Program-made: the position numbers and the translations under genes
The notes under the pieces: model-generated
What the model was told of the DNA's origin: nothing
The model's database searches: none
The model's input: only the letters and a program-made list of their open reading frames with translations
Shown here: one piece after another, positions 1 to 7,843 of the stretch
Numbering within the stretch: the first letter of the stretch is position 1
Layout: each line of letters opens with the position of its first letter
Source: Candidatus Kapaibacterium sp.
GTDB taxonomy: Bacteria > Bacteroidota > Ignavibacteria > Palsa-1295
Direction: 5' to 3'
Assembly (NCBI GenBank): GCA_035712525.1
Contig: DASTAO010000076.1
Coordinates: forward strand, 1-25,680
Length of the DNA stretch: 25,680 nt

Positions 1-512
1 GATATTCCGGATAACGAATCGAGTAATGGTTGAAGCCTTGAGCTAAATTCTTCGAATATTTTATGGCTATAGTCGGCCAGATCAATCTTATTAATACAGA
101 TAATGAACTGCCGTATTCCCATTAGGTGGGAAAGAATGATATGGCGATGCGTTTGCTCGGTGATCGTTCGACTAGCATCGACGAGGATGATCGCGGCTTC
201 GGCATTTGAAGCGGCAGCAATCATGTTCGCTGTGAATTCAAGATGGCCGGGTGTATCGGCAAGGATGATCTTCCGATTCGGCGTTTCGAAATATCGGTAA
301 CCGACATCGATCGTAATACCGCCCTGGCGTTCGGAGCGCAGGCCATCGGTCATGAGGGCAAGATTTAATGCACTACCGCTGCGATTGCTGATGCGTTCGA
401 GCTCGGCAAGTTGATCGCTATAGATCGATCTGGTATCATAGAGCAATCGGCCGATGAGCGTACTCTTGCCATCGTCGACACTGCCAGCCGTCATTAAATG
501 TAATGCCCGCAT
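1..512 (-). CDS. cysN: Sulfate adenylyltransferase subunit 1 (GTPase), N-terminal part; runs off the left edge
   Basis: Not in the ORF track because it has no stop in the window. Hand translation from ATG at 512 gives MRALHLMTAGSVDDGKSTLIGRLLYD...DGLRSERQGGITIDVGYRYF...ADTPGH...INKID, the G1-G4 motifs of CysN. It starts directly after the cysD stop (513-515). Confidence 0.95.
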   Translation of the reverse strand, partial: MRALHLMTAGSVDDGKSTLIGRLLYDTRSIYSDQLAELERISNRSGSALNLALMTDGLRSERQGGITIDVGYRYFETPNRKIILADTPGHLEFTANMIAAASNAEAAIILVDASRTITEQTHRHIILSHLMGIRQFIICINKIDLADYSHKIFEEFSSRLQPLLDSLSGI

Positions 513-1406
513 TTAGAAGTAACCCTCCGCTTTGCGTTCTTCCATTGCCGATTCGGAAAAGGAATCGTCGATGCGCGTCTCTCCGCGCTCGCTTATCGTG
601 CTCGTTTGCAATTCTTCGATAACCGATGCTGCATTTTGGGCTGTAGAACTGACAGCAGCTGTGCAAGTCATATCGCCGACGGTGCGGAAACGAACGCTTA
701 ACTCTTCGATAAATTCTTCGCTACCGACATTCAAATACGGATGGAGAGGCACTAACTTTCCTTCGCGGCGAATCACGTTGCGATTATGTGCAAAGTAGAT
801 CGATGGCAATGTAAGCGACTCCGCTTCGATGTATCGCCAGATATCAAGTTCACTCCAGTTGCTGATCGGGAAGACACGCATGTGCTCGCTATGTTGTAGA
901 CGTCCGTTTAGAGTATTCCATAATTCGGGACGTTGATGATTCGGATCCCATGCACCACTCGACCCCCTGAGCGAGAATATCCGCTCTTTGGCACGGGCTT
1001 TTTCTTCATCGCGCCGGGCGCCTCCGATGCAAGCATCGAACTGATGCTTTCGGATCGCATCCATCAATGTTGTCGATTGTAATCGATTGCGATTATGAAA
1101 ATCGGGATGCTCGGCGGTGATGCCTTTTTGCGCTAACGTTTCTTCGACGCTGCCAACGACGAGCCGTTCTCCGAGTTGATCGACGAACCAGTCTCTGAAT
1201 TCCAATACCTCATCAAAGTTATGGCCGGTATCGATATGCAACAACGGGAATGGAAATCTTCCCGGTCGAAAGGCTTTCTCAGCGAGCCGGGCCATCACGG
1301 TCGAATCTTTGCCGCCGGAAAATAATAAGGCCGGCCGCTTAAATTGTGCCGCCGCTTCCCGAAGAATGTAGATCGACTCCGCTTCTAATTCACGCAGGTA
1401 ATTCAT
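513..1406 (-). CDS. cysD: Sulfate adenylyltransferase subunit 2
   Basis: Motifs LFSGGKDS, LHIDTGHNF, GGARRDEEKARAKER, RFRTVGD; 297 aa; adjacent to cysN. Confidence 0.97.
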   Translation of the reverse strand: MNYLRELEAESIYILREAAAQFKRPALLFSGGKDSTVMARLAEKAFRPGRFPFPLLHIDTGHNFDEVLEFRDWFVDQLGERLVVGSVEETLAQKGITAEHPDFHNRNRLQSTTLMDAIRKHQFDACIGGARRDEEKARAKERIFSLRGSSGAWDPNHQRPELWNTLNGRLQHSEHMRVFPISNWSELDIWRYIEAESLTLPSIYFAHNRNVIRREGKLVPLHPYLNVGSEEFIEELSVRFRTVGDMTCTAAVSSTAQNAASVIEELQTSTISERGETRIDDSFSESAMEERKAEGYF

Positions 1407-1426
1407 TTAGGCAAACTACACTGTGG

Positions 1427-2119
1427 TTATAATCCTGCATTCCAATCATAGCCCTGGTCTTCCCAGTAGCCGCCGGGTTTTTTATTGGTGACGATAAGTT
1501 TGATGATCCACTTCGCACTTTTATAGCCAAGCTTTGTCGGCATTACAATTCTGCAGGGCGCACCGTGCTGCAAGGTGAGTGGTTTGTTATATGCTTCGTA
1601 GCAGAGTAATGTTTCCGGATGGCGGGCACTTGCCATATCGTAGCCTTCGTAATATTTATCGGCACATTCTACGGCTACATACTTTGCATTCGAATCGGCG
1701 CCAACCCAATCGAGAAAATACCACAGCGCAACACCGCCCCACTTAATCTTTTGACTCCAGCCTTCAACGCAAACGTGTTGGGAGTTTTGCACTTGTTTAC
1801 GAAGCTCTTTTATCTGTGTGAGCGAATAATAGCCCGGATGTTTGACGAGGCCGGTTACAAATAATCTCCAATTCTCGGTTGTATCGGATGGCGGAGTATC
1901 AGTATCGTAGCTATTTACTCTGAACTGCGATTCGGGAGTAAGGTCTTTATCGGCTATCGAGGGAGCTTTCTTGGTCTTGCTAAAAAGCGATTGCTGAACG
2001 TTGTCGTTAAAGAGAGAAAATTGATGTAATGCTTCTTCGGTCTTTCCGGAAGGAGTTGCGTCGCAGGAACAAAGCAGCCCGAGCGAAATGAGGCATAGTA
2101 TGATATAGAGCTTTTCCAT
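1427..2119 (-). CDS. Molybdopterin-dependent oxidoreductase (sulfite oxidase/MsrP-YedY superfamily), predicted lipoprotein
   Basis: HVCVEGWS (Moco-ligating Cys), LQHGAPCR, KLGYKSAKWI, GGYWEDQGY. N-terminal hydrophobic signal ends in LLCSC (lipobox-like). Confidence 0.88.
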   Translation of the reverse strand: MEKLYIILCLISLGLLCSCDATPSGKTEEALHQFSLFNDNVQQSLFSKTKKAPSIADKDLTPESQFRVNSYDTDTPPSDTTENWRLFVTGLVKHPGYYSLTQIKELRKQVQNSQHVCVEGWSQKIKWGGVALWYFLDWVGADSNAKYVAVECADKYYEGYDMASARHPETLLCYEAYNKPLTLQHGAPCRIVMPTKLGYKSAKWIIKLIVTNKKPGGYWEDQGYDWNAGL

Positions 2120-2126
2120 ACTATTG

Positions 2127-2134
2127 CAAAGATA
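2127..2134 (-). promoter_or_regulatory. Bacteroidota-type primary sigma -7 element (TATCTTTG)
   Basis: CG-TATCTTTG-CA on the minus strand, 7 nt upstream of the ATG at 2119; matches TAnnTTTG. Confidence 0.65.
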
Positions 2135-2155
2135 CGATGGATTAAGCGACGAGCG

Positions 2156-2284
2156 TTAGTGCCAGTCGACAAAGATCACAACTGCCAGAAACAGAAAAAT
2201 AAGGAATACCCAAATACCGATGCCGATCATTACTAATCGGAATTTGCGCTGTCGGGTTGCCAGCGGCTCATCAAATGCCGCCAT
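2156..2284 (-). CDS. Unannotated 42-aa single-pass membrane protein downstream of cox IV
   Basis: Hand translation: MAAFDEPLATRQRKFRLVMIGIGIWVFLIFLFLAVVIFVDWH*. It has a basic patch followed by a ~22-aa hydrophobic helix, starts 9 nt after the subunit IV stop and fills an otherwise empty gap. Confidence 0.65.
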   Translation of the reverse strand: MAAFDEPLATRQRKFRLVMIGIGIWVFLIFLFLAVVIFVDWH

Positions 2285-2293
2285 AAGAATACC

Positions 2294-2602
2294 TTAAAAG
2301 AGCCAGTGTGGCTGGAACGCCCATTCGAGCGAAATCATTAAGATCAGAATACTCGCAACGGCGAGTGGGGAATAGGCAATGATCTTCAGGAATTTTGCAT
2401 CGTACTTCAAGTGCATGAAATAAACGGCAACAAGGCCTGCCTTGAAGAGTGCGAAGGCAATCAGGATGATGATCATCGCAACCTTAGGCATTGGGATGTA
2501 CGTAATGCCGACTTCGATCGCCGTCAGGACGGCCAGCGCCCCGAAGATGATCATATAGGTTTTAGTATGGTTGGTATGTCCGTTTGCAGTAGCGTTTGCC
2601 AT
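2294..2602 (-). CDS. ctaF: Cytochrome c oxidase subunit IV (caa3 CtaF/COX4_pro family)
   Basis: Three TM helices, motif KAGLVAVYFMHLKYD; directly downstream of subunit III. Confidence 0.9.
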   Translation of the reverse strand: MANATANGHTNHTKTYMIIFGALAVLTAIEVGITYIPMPKVAMIIILIAFALFKAGLVAVYFMHLKYDAKFLKIIAYSPLAVASILILMISLEWAFQPHWLF

Positions 2603-2613
2603 AATAAAATCGG

Positions 2614-3558
2614 TTAGATAAGATAGACGAGTGTAAAGAGAATGATCCAGATCAGATCGACAAAGTGCCAGTACAGCCCGGCAACTTCGACAATATCACC
2701 CATATCCTGTCTGGCACGAAGCCACTTGACACCACGATACATAATATAGATCAGCGATCCGCAAACGCCGGAAAGCATAACATGAGGTATCGGGGGCAAA
2801 CCTGCGAATGGCCCGAACCAGAAAAATAATATGGTACCGGTCATTGGCATCCACCAGGAAATGAGCAGGGAAATCGGAACAATGAGCACATACTTCAGAA
2901 ACCAGCTGCCATCTTTCCAGCTACCCATTAACTTGATCATGAAGTAAGCCGTCAAGCCAATCGAAAGGATCTTGAAGATCCATTCGACGATTCCGACATC
3001 ATGGTATTTCTTCGGCCCCATTGCATTGGCGATCAGTAGTGCAATGAGATACATTACACCGCTAAAGACGTGAAAGCCATGGAAGCCGGTGAGAGAGAAA
3101 AAGGTCGCATCGAAAAGGCTTTTGCCCATTCCCATTCCATCTTTAATGATAAGATGGTAATACTCGCCATATTGAACACCGAGGAAGATCGCACCACCGA
3201 CAATAGTAGCAGCTAACCAAAGATTCGTTTTTGCTTTATCCTTCCAGTGAGCATACTGCACGGCAAGTACCATTGAGACACTCGAGCAGATAAGAACGAA
3301 GGTGTTAAGTGCTGTCAGTGGGATATCGAGCGGATAATGCTCGACACCGGTTGCATGGGTTTCCGGCGAGGGCCAAAGGCTTCCGGCACCAATGCGTACT
3401 GAAATGTAAGCGGCAAAAAAGCCCATGAACATCAAAGCATCCTGGCAAAGGAAAAGCCACATAAAGACTTTTCCCATGATCGTACCCGTTGAGGTGTACG
3501 TCTCATGATGATGCTCTTGTTCGTGAGTGGATGTGGCGTGTATAGCTAATTCCGACAC
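2614..3558 (-). CDS. ctaE: Heme-copper oxidase subunit III with a ~100-aa hydrophobic insertion
   Basis: NTFVLICSS, FFSLTGFHGFHV, GLYWHFVDLIWI motifs. The ORF track starts at TTG 3594, but that codon overlaps the -7 promoter. GTG at 3558, preceded by GGAG, is the more likely start. Confidence 0.9.
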   Translation of the reverse strand: MSELAIHATSTHEQEHHHETYTSTGTIMGKVFMWLFLCQDALMFMGFFAAYISVRIGAGSLWPSPETHATGVEHYPLDIPLTALNTFVLICSSVSMVLAVQYAHWKDKAKTNLWLAATIVGGAIFLGVQYGEYYHLIIKDGMGMGKSLFDATFFSLTGFHGFHVFSGVMYLIALLIANAMGPKKYHDVGIVEWIFKILSIGLTAYFMIKLMGSWKDGSWFLKYVLIVPISLLISWWMPMTGTILFFWFGPFAGLPPIPHVMLSGVCGSLIYIMYRGVKWLRARQDMGDIVEVAGLYWHFVDLIWIILFTLVYLI

Positions 3559-3591
3559 AGCAGAACTCTCCAAATTGTGAATAATAAGGTA

Positions 3592-3599
3592 CAAATATA
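3592..3599 (-). promoter_or_regulatory. Bacteroidota-type -7 element (TATATTTG) for the cox III-IV unit
   Basis: TTTCG-TATATTTG-TA on the minus strand, ~35 nt upstream of GTG 3558. Confidence 0.65.
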
Positions 3600-3662
3600 C
3601 GAAATTTGCACAATGGGGCTATTTTATTATGAAATTGAGCCTTTTAGCCGATTTTGTGGATT

Positions 3663-3689
3663 AAACTTTATTTCGGATTCTGTCTCTAA
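3663..3689 (+). promoter_or_regulatory. Candidate ECF-sigma promoter (AAACTT-N16-TCTAA) upstream of the ECF operon
   Basis: AAACTT at 3663-3668 and TCTAA at 3685-3689 with a 16-nt spacer. Resembles the RpoE/AlgU-type GAACTT-N16-TCNAA consensus; autoregulation is inferred. Confidence 0.4.
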
Positions 3690-3745
3690 CCAAATAGCAG
3701 CCCATGATGAAATGGGCTTGGACCGAGAGGTGTTTCCCTCAAGAG

Positions 3746-4354
3746 ATGAGTTTGCGAGAAGAGTATGCAGGGCTTAGCGATGAAGAACTTGTCAGCCGGT
3801 TTCAGGCTGGCGAACGGCATACGAGTTTTACAATGCTCATCGAGCGGTATCAGAAGCGCATCTATTACGGGGCACGGAAGATGGTCGGCGGCGATCATGA
3901 CGAAGCCGACGAGATCGCTCAGGAAACCTTCGTAAAAGTCTACGAAGCGCTCGATAGCTTCCGCGGCGATGCAAAACTCTATACGTGGATGTACCGCATC
4001 ATGATGAATGCCGTCATTTACAAGTCGCGACGAAAGAAGATCCGTAAGGATGTCGATCTCGACGATGTGGCGAATATCCTTGAAGCCGAAGGTGCTTCAC
4101 CGGCGGAGTCGATGGAGCGAAGTGAGATGACAAAGCTCATTGAAACAGCGATCGAAACCCTTCCGCCAAAACAACGGGAAGTATTCTTGATGCGGTTCTA
4201 TGAAGAGATGCCGTATGAGGAGATCGCAACGATCTTAGGAACGAGTGTCGGCGGATTGAAAGCGAATTACTTTCATGCCGTCAAGAAGATAGGTGAATAT
4301 GTGCAGCAAGCCGGTGTCGTGAACATCGGTGGTTTTGCAAAGGAATCAGGATAA
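3746..4354 (+). CDS. ECF RNA polymerase sigma-70 factor
   Basis: Region 2 (ADEIAQETFVKVY, LYTWMYRI) and region 4 (LPPKQREVFLMR, YEEIATILG). Likely start is ATG 3746 rather than 3704. Confidence 0.93.
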   Translation: MSLREEYAGLSDEELVSRFQAGERHTSFTMLIERYQKRIYYGARKMVGGDHDEADEIAQETFVKVYEALDSFRGDAKLYTWMYRIMMNAVIYKSRRKKIRKDVDLDDVANILEAEGASPAESMERSEMTKLIETAIETLPPKQREVFLMRFYEEMPYEEIATILGTSVGGLKANYFHAVKKIGEYVQQAGVVNIGGFAKESG

Positions 4355-4365
4355 AAAAAATCAGG

Positions 4366-4974
4366 ATGAGTAACGAGTCATATACCGAAAAGGAATTGCA
4401 AGAGCTCGAAGCCAGTTTTCGCCGCTTCGGGACTCCGTACGTCACTCCCGAACCCGACGAACGCTACTTTGCGAATTTCCGCGTTCGCGTTATGGAACAG
4501 ATCGATGCAAAGCAAGTGGCTTCGAAGCGCCCCGTTATTAGTTCGATCATCGAATGGCTCTCGGCTTCGGCTTTCCGTGGTGTTAGTATCAGTGCTGCAG
4601 TGCTTGGCATTGCGTTCGGTGCTTTTTTACTTATGCGTTCACCGCAAGCGCCGCCACAGGTTGCTGAGGTAGCTGTTCCTCCGGTTGTAACTGCACCGCA
4701 ACTGAATATGCCTGCTACATCCCACGAAGCTATTAAGCCACCGGTGAAGGTAGCACCAGTTCAAAAAACATTGCTGGTCAAAGAAACTCCGAACACAACG
4801 CTTGCCGAGAAACCTGCAAAAACCAGCAGCGAGCAGATCGCCGAAGAGGCCAGTGATTTTTCGAATTTTGACGAGACCTTGTCGGTTGGCAATACCGACG
4901 ATCCGATCGATTATTCTTCCCTAAGCGAAGGCGAGCTCGAATCGCTTGTCGATGTCGCAAGCACGATGAATTAA
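4366..4974 (+). CDS. Putative membrane-anchored anti-sigma factor
   Basis: Follows the ECF sigma by 11 nt. N-terminal PEPDERYFANF..RVM motif, one TM helix, Pro/Ala-rich linker, acidic C-terminus. Confidence 0.65.
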   Translation: MSNESYTEKELQELEASFRRFGTPYVTPEPDERYFANFRVRVMEQIDAKQVASKRPVISSIIEWLSASAFRGVSISAAVLGIAFGAFLLMRSPQAPPQVAEVAVPPVVTAPQLNMPATSHEAIKPPVKVAPVQKTLLVKETPNTTLAEKPAKTSSEQIAEEASDFSNFDETLSVGNTDDPIDYSSLSEGELESLVDVASTMN

Positions 4975-4989
4975 TAATTGTAGACCCAG

Positions 4990-5535
4990 ATGACAATGAT
5001 CACTCGATACTACTTTACTCTTGTGCTGATGCTTTCGGTAGCAGCCGGGGTATTCGCGCAAGATCAAACGACCCCGCCGCCGAACGAGCGATTAAAGCAG
5101 CTTCGCCAGAAGATCGAAGAGGTGAAGTATCAGAAATTGCGCGAGACGTTGGTGCTCGACGATGAGACGGCGAAGAAATTTTTCGAACTCTATAAACCGG
5201 CCGAGCAGGAGATCATCGATCTCGTCAAATCGCGTAATGCGCAGGAATTAAAATTACTTGAATTGACGCAAGGCGATCACAGCGATGCCGATGTCGATCC
5301 GACGATCAAGAACATCGAATCGCTCAATCAGAAGATCGAAGATCGCTATAGTAAACTCAACGAGCAGTTAAAGACCGTCCTCAACGCCCGCCAACGGGCG
5401 AAGCTCTTGGTATTCGAACATGAGTTCAATCGTCGGGTTCGCGAAAAATTACGTCAATGGCGCGAGAACCATCCCGGTCGGCCGCTTCCTCCCAAGCGCC
5501 GGTTGAATCGGATGAATAATCCGAAGCGCGGATAA
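4990..5535 (+). CDS. Secreted helical Spy/CpxP-like protein, third gene of the ECF operon
   Basis: Signal peptide (..VFAQD), coiled-coil character, LVLDDETAKKFFELY and VLNARQRAKLL (LTxxQ-like) motifs. Confidence 0.65.
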   Translation: MTMITRYYFTLVLMLSVAAGVFAQDQTTPPPNERLKQLRQKIEEVKYQKLRETLVLDDETAKKFFELYKPAEQEIIDLVKSRNAQELKLLELTQGDHSDADVDPTIKNIESLNQKIEDRYSKLNEQLKTVLNARQRAKLLVFEHEFNRRVREKLRQWRENHPGRPLPPKRRLNRMNNPKRG

Positions 5536-5561
5536 TAATCATTGTCTTTGTTAACATCCTT

Positions 5562-5645
5562 CCGGTAGCCGCAGACTTTAGTCTGTGTCTTTCCGATGCA
5601 TTATGCTATCAGTAACGAGCGCAGGCTAAAGCCTGCAGCTACCGG
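5562..5645. repeat. Inverted pair of GTAG-type REP palindromes (REPIN/BIME-like doublet)
   Basis: CCGGTAGCCGCAGACTTTAGTCTGTG (5562-5587) and, on the minus strand, CCGGTAGCTGCAGGCTTTAGCCTGCG (5645-5620) are 22/26 identical. Each is GTAG plus a 7-bp hairpin with a TTTA loop; the spacer is 32 nt. Confidence 0.85.
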
Positions 5646-5663
5646 TTAAGCACAAAACTCCAT

Positions 5664-5690
5664 TGTCATTCCGACCAACGGAAGGAATCT
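5664..5690 (+). repeat. CGTC/TGTC-tagged palindromic repeat
   Basis: TGTC-ATTCC-GACCAACGGAA-GGAAT-CT; same architecture as the element at 7844-7884. Confidence 0.55.
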
Positions 5691-5863
5691 GCGTCTACTA
5701 GACTCTTGAACTAAACCAAAGCATTTAAATAATTTCAACTTCAACAGCAAGAGTTTTTTTTTCAAGGAGGGGGGGGTATTTTATGCGCTTCGCGGTGTGG
5801 TGATATCTTAGCTCCGGCCTTATAGTTTTTATTATTTGGTACAATTTGGTGTTGTGACGTCGG

Positions 5864-7000
5864 ATGATCTATCTCGATAACAGCGCAACTACAAAGCTTG
5901 ATGAGCGGGTGCTTGCTGCCATGCAGCCATTTCTTGCTGAGAAATACGGCAATGCTTCCAGCGTTCATTCTATCGGACGTGAAGCTCGGGTAGCGCTTGA
6001 AGAAGCTCGCTCAATAGTGGCTTCAAGTATTGGCGCCGATAGTGCCGAGATAGTTTTTACTTCAGGCGGTACTGAAGCAAATAATTATGCAATCAAAGGC
6101 GCGATCTTTTCCGAAGTAAAAAAAGGCAAGCAGTTCTCCGATCTTTCCATTCTTAGTTCACCGGTTGAGCATCATGCCGTTCTTGAGCCGGTAGAGTTTC
6201 TGAGATCTGTTGGAGTACAAACATACTTAAGTGATGTCGATGGATATGGTGTAGCGAAAGTACATAGTATCCCTGCTACTCTTACGGTTGCATCGGTCAT
6301 GTATGTTAATAATGAGGTCGGCACTGTTAATGATATTAAGTCCCTTACAGCTCAAATAAGATCTGCTTCTTCGTCAGCTCTCATTCATAGCGATGGCGTG
6401 CAAGCCTTAGGGAAGATTGCTTTTGATGTTCACGATCTTGGCGTAGACTTACTATCACTTTCGGCGCATAAAATTCATGGACCGAAAGGGATTGGGGCGT
6501 TGTACATTCGTCGTGGAGTGCAGATCGAGCCGTTGCTTCATGGTGGTTCGCAGGAGCGAAATCGCCGTGGTGGTACTGAAGCAGTTGCCCTGGCAATAGG
6601 TTTCGCCGAAGCTGCGCAATTGGCAAAAGCAGAATTCGACGAACGAGCAAAGCATATCCGATCATTGCGAGAGTATCTGCTGCAACAGCTATCGGCAATT
6701 CCGGAAATAATTATCAACTCTCCTCGTGATGGCGTCGATGCCATCATTAATATTTCCTTTATTCCGGAAGTATTAAAGCGAATCGATGGTGAAGCACTGA
6801 TCATTAATTTCGATCTCGATGGCATTGCTGTTTCGAACGGGGCTGCTTGTACATCGGGGACGATACAGCCTTCGCATGTATTATTGGCCATGGGTAAAGG
6901 AGAAGCAGTTGCGTCGAAATCGGTGAGAGTATCGCTTTCGAAGGATACAACGAAGGGTGACATTGACGCTTTGGTTCGGCAATTGAAAGTGGCAAGATAG
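5864..7000 (+). CDS. iscS: Cysteine desulfurase (IscS/NifS, PLP class V)
   Basis: MIYLDNSATT, FTSGGTEANN, SLSAHKIHGPKG (PLP Lys), SNGAACTSG (catalytic Cys). Confidence 0.95.
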   Translation: MIYLDNSATTKLDERVLAAMQPFLAEKYGNASSVHSIGREARVALEEARSIVASSIGADSAEIVFTSGGTEANNYAIKGAIFSEVKKGKQFSDLSILSSPVEHHAVLEPVEFLRSVGVQTYLSDVDGYGVAKVHSIPATLTVASVMYVNNEVGTVNDIKSLTAQIRSASSSALIHSDGVQALGKIAFDVHDLGVDLLSLSAHKIHGPKGIGALYIRRGVQIEPLLHGGSQERNRRGGTEAVALAIGFAEAAQLAKAEFDERAKHIRSLREYLLQQLSAIPEIIINSPRDGVDAIINISFIPEVLKRIDGEALIINFDLDGIAVSNGAACTSGTIQPSHVLLAMGKGEAVASKSVRVSLSKDTTKGDIDALVRQLKVAR

Positions 7001-7056
7001 ACGTCAAATATTTTATTAACAATCTATCAACATATCATATATTTATGCTATTTTAA

Positions 7057-7088
7057 TTTGGAATTTTTCAAAATATTTCGTATATTTG
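7057..7088 (+). promoter_or_regulatory. Complete Bacteroidota-type promoter TTTG-N20-TATATTTG
   Basis: -33 TTTG at 7057-7060, -7 TATATTTG at 7081-7088, 20-nt spacer. Confidence 0.8.
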
Positions 7089-7108
7089 CAACGTAAAAAA
7101 CAGTCGTC

Positions 7109-7135
7109 AAAAGAGTCCGCCCGGCGGGCTCTTTT
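7109..7135. terminator. Terminator-like hairpin just downstream of the 7057-7088 promoter
   Basis: AAAAGAGTCCGC-CCG-GCGGGCTCTTTT: 12-bp stem with one G-U pair and short A/T tracts on both sides. Confidence 0.6.
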
Positions 7136-7272
7136 CATAAGGGAGCAAATGGTAATGAGGTGCACAACGATAAGTATGATATATAAGGAGTTATGGGGGG
7201 TGCTTTTGATTTTGAATTTCCGACAATACTTTCAAATCAGATGGGGTTTTCAGTGGAGTAACCGATAGCAAC

Positions 7273-7842
7273 TTGAAAAAGCTTATTACCATATTCGGCC
7301 CAGGTCAATGCATCGCAGGTGATCCTGTCTATGACAGGGCTTACCGTCTTGGCTGCCTGCTTGCTGATGCCGGGTTTGCCATTGTTACCGGCGGGTATGA
7401 TGGAGTAATGGAAGCGGCTTCGAAAGGGGCGCATGAACATCACGGCTGGACGATCGGCGTTACGGCGAATGTTTATTTTAATCGCGACCGGATGATGAAT
7501 CCGTATGTAAAAAAGGAAGTACGGGTTTCGAGTGCGGTCGATCGGTTGATGGAGCTTATCTCGCTTGCCGATGCGTATGTTGCTTGTGGCATTTCTCCGG
7601 GGACGATCGCAGAAGTATCGATGGTCTGGGAATATTTCAGTAAGAAATTTATTGAGGTTAAGCCGCTTATCTTGCTTGGTGCTGAGTGGAGGGCGTATTG
7701 CGATGCGTTGTTTTCGCAGGATGGGTATCGGGATAAAGAACACTATGTGACGATTGTTAGCACTCCTGAAGAAGCGATGGAAATATTGATAACGAAATTT
7801 GGTCGACAAGAAAACCTGCCTGAGCTTAGTATCCTCGGTTAG
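7273..7842 (+). CDS. LOG/SLOG-family Rossmann-fold nucleotide-binding protein
   Basis: TIFGPG, AIVTGGYDGVMEAASKGA, DRLMELISLADAYV, variant PGTIAE motif; TTG start. Confidence 0.85.
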   Translation: MKKLITIFGPGQCIAGDPVYDRAYRLGCLLADAGFAIVTGGYDGVMEAASKGAHEHHGWTIGVTANVYFNRDRMMNPYVKKEVRVSSAVDRLMELISLADAYVACGISPGTIAEVSMVWEYFSKKFIEVKPLILLGAEWRAYCDALFSQDGYRDKEHYVTIVSTPEEAMEILITKFGRQENLPELSILG

Positions 7843-7843
7843 T

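Larger units (their letters stand above)
7013..7216 (+). repeat. Copy A of a ~200-bp dispersed intergenic cassette (DnaA-box-like pair, AT block, promoter, conserved downstream block)
   Basis: 7013-7090 aligns ungapped to 25534-25457 (minus) at 66/78, and 7156-7216 aligns to 25395-25335 at 46/61 (hand alignment). Confidence 0.85.

Noticed and set aside
1427-2284. Read-through fusion of the 42-aa ORF with the in-frame Mo enzyme
   Set aside because: The stop is TAA, not a recoded UGA/UAG. Being in frame has a 1-in-3 chance, and the Mo gene has its own promoter and signal peptide.
5536-5863. CRISPR array, tRNA or IS element in the repeat-rich gap
   Set aside because: No direct repeat-spacer periodicity, no cloverleaf, no transposase ORF. 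The REP palindromes explain the structure.
7157-7190. dif-like XerCD site (GGTGCAC..TATGATATAT)
   Set aside because: Arm spacing is off by 2 nt, several positions mismatch, and the match is poorer in copy B.
7086-7268. 60-aa ORF from the track as a real gene
   Set aside because: Its TTG start lies inside the -7 promoter element and it runs through a terminator-like hairpin. Only the last 30 codons are kept as a candidate.
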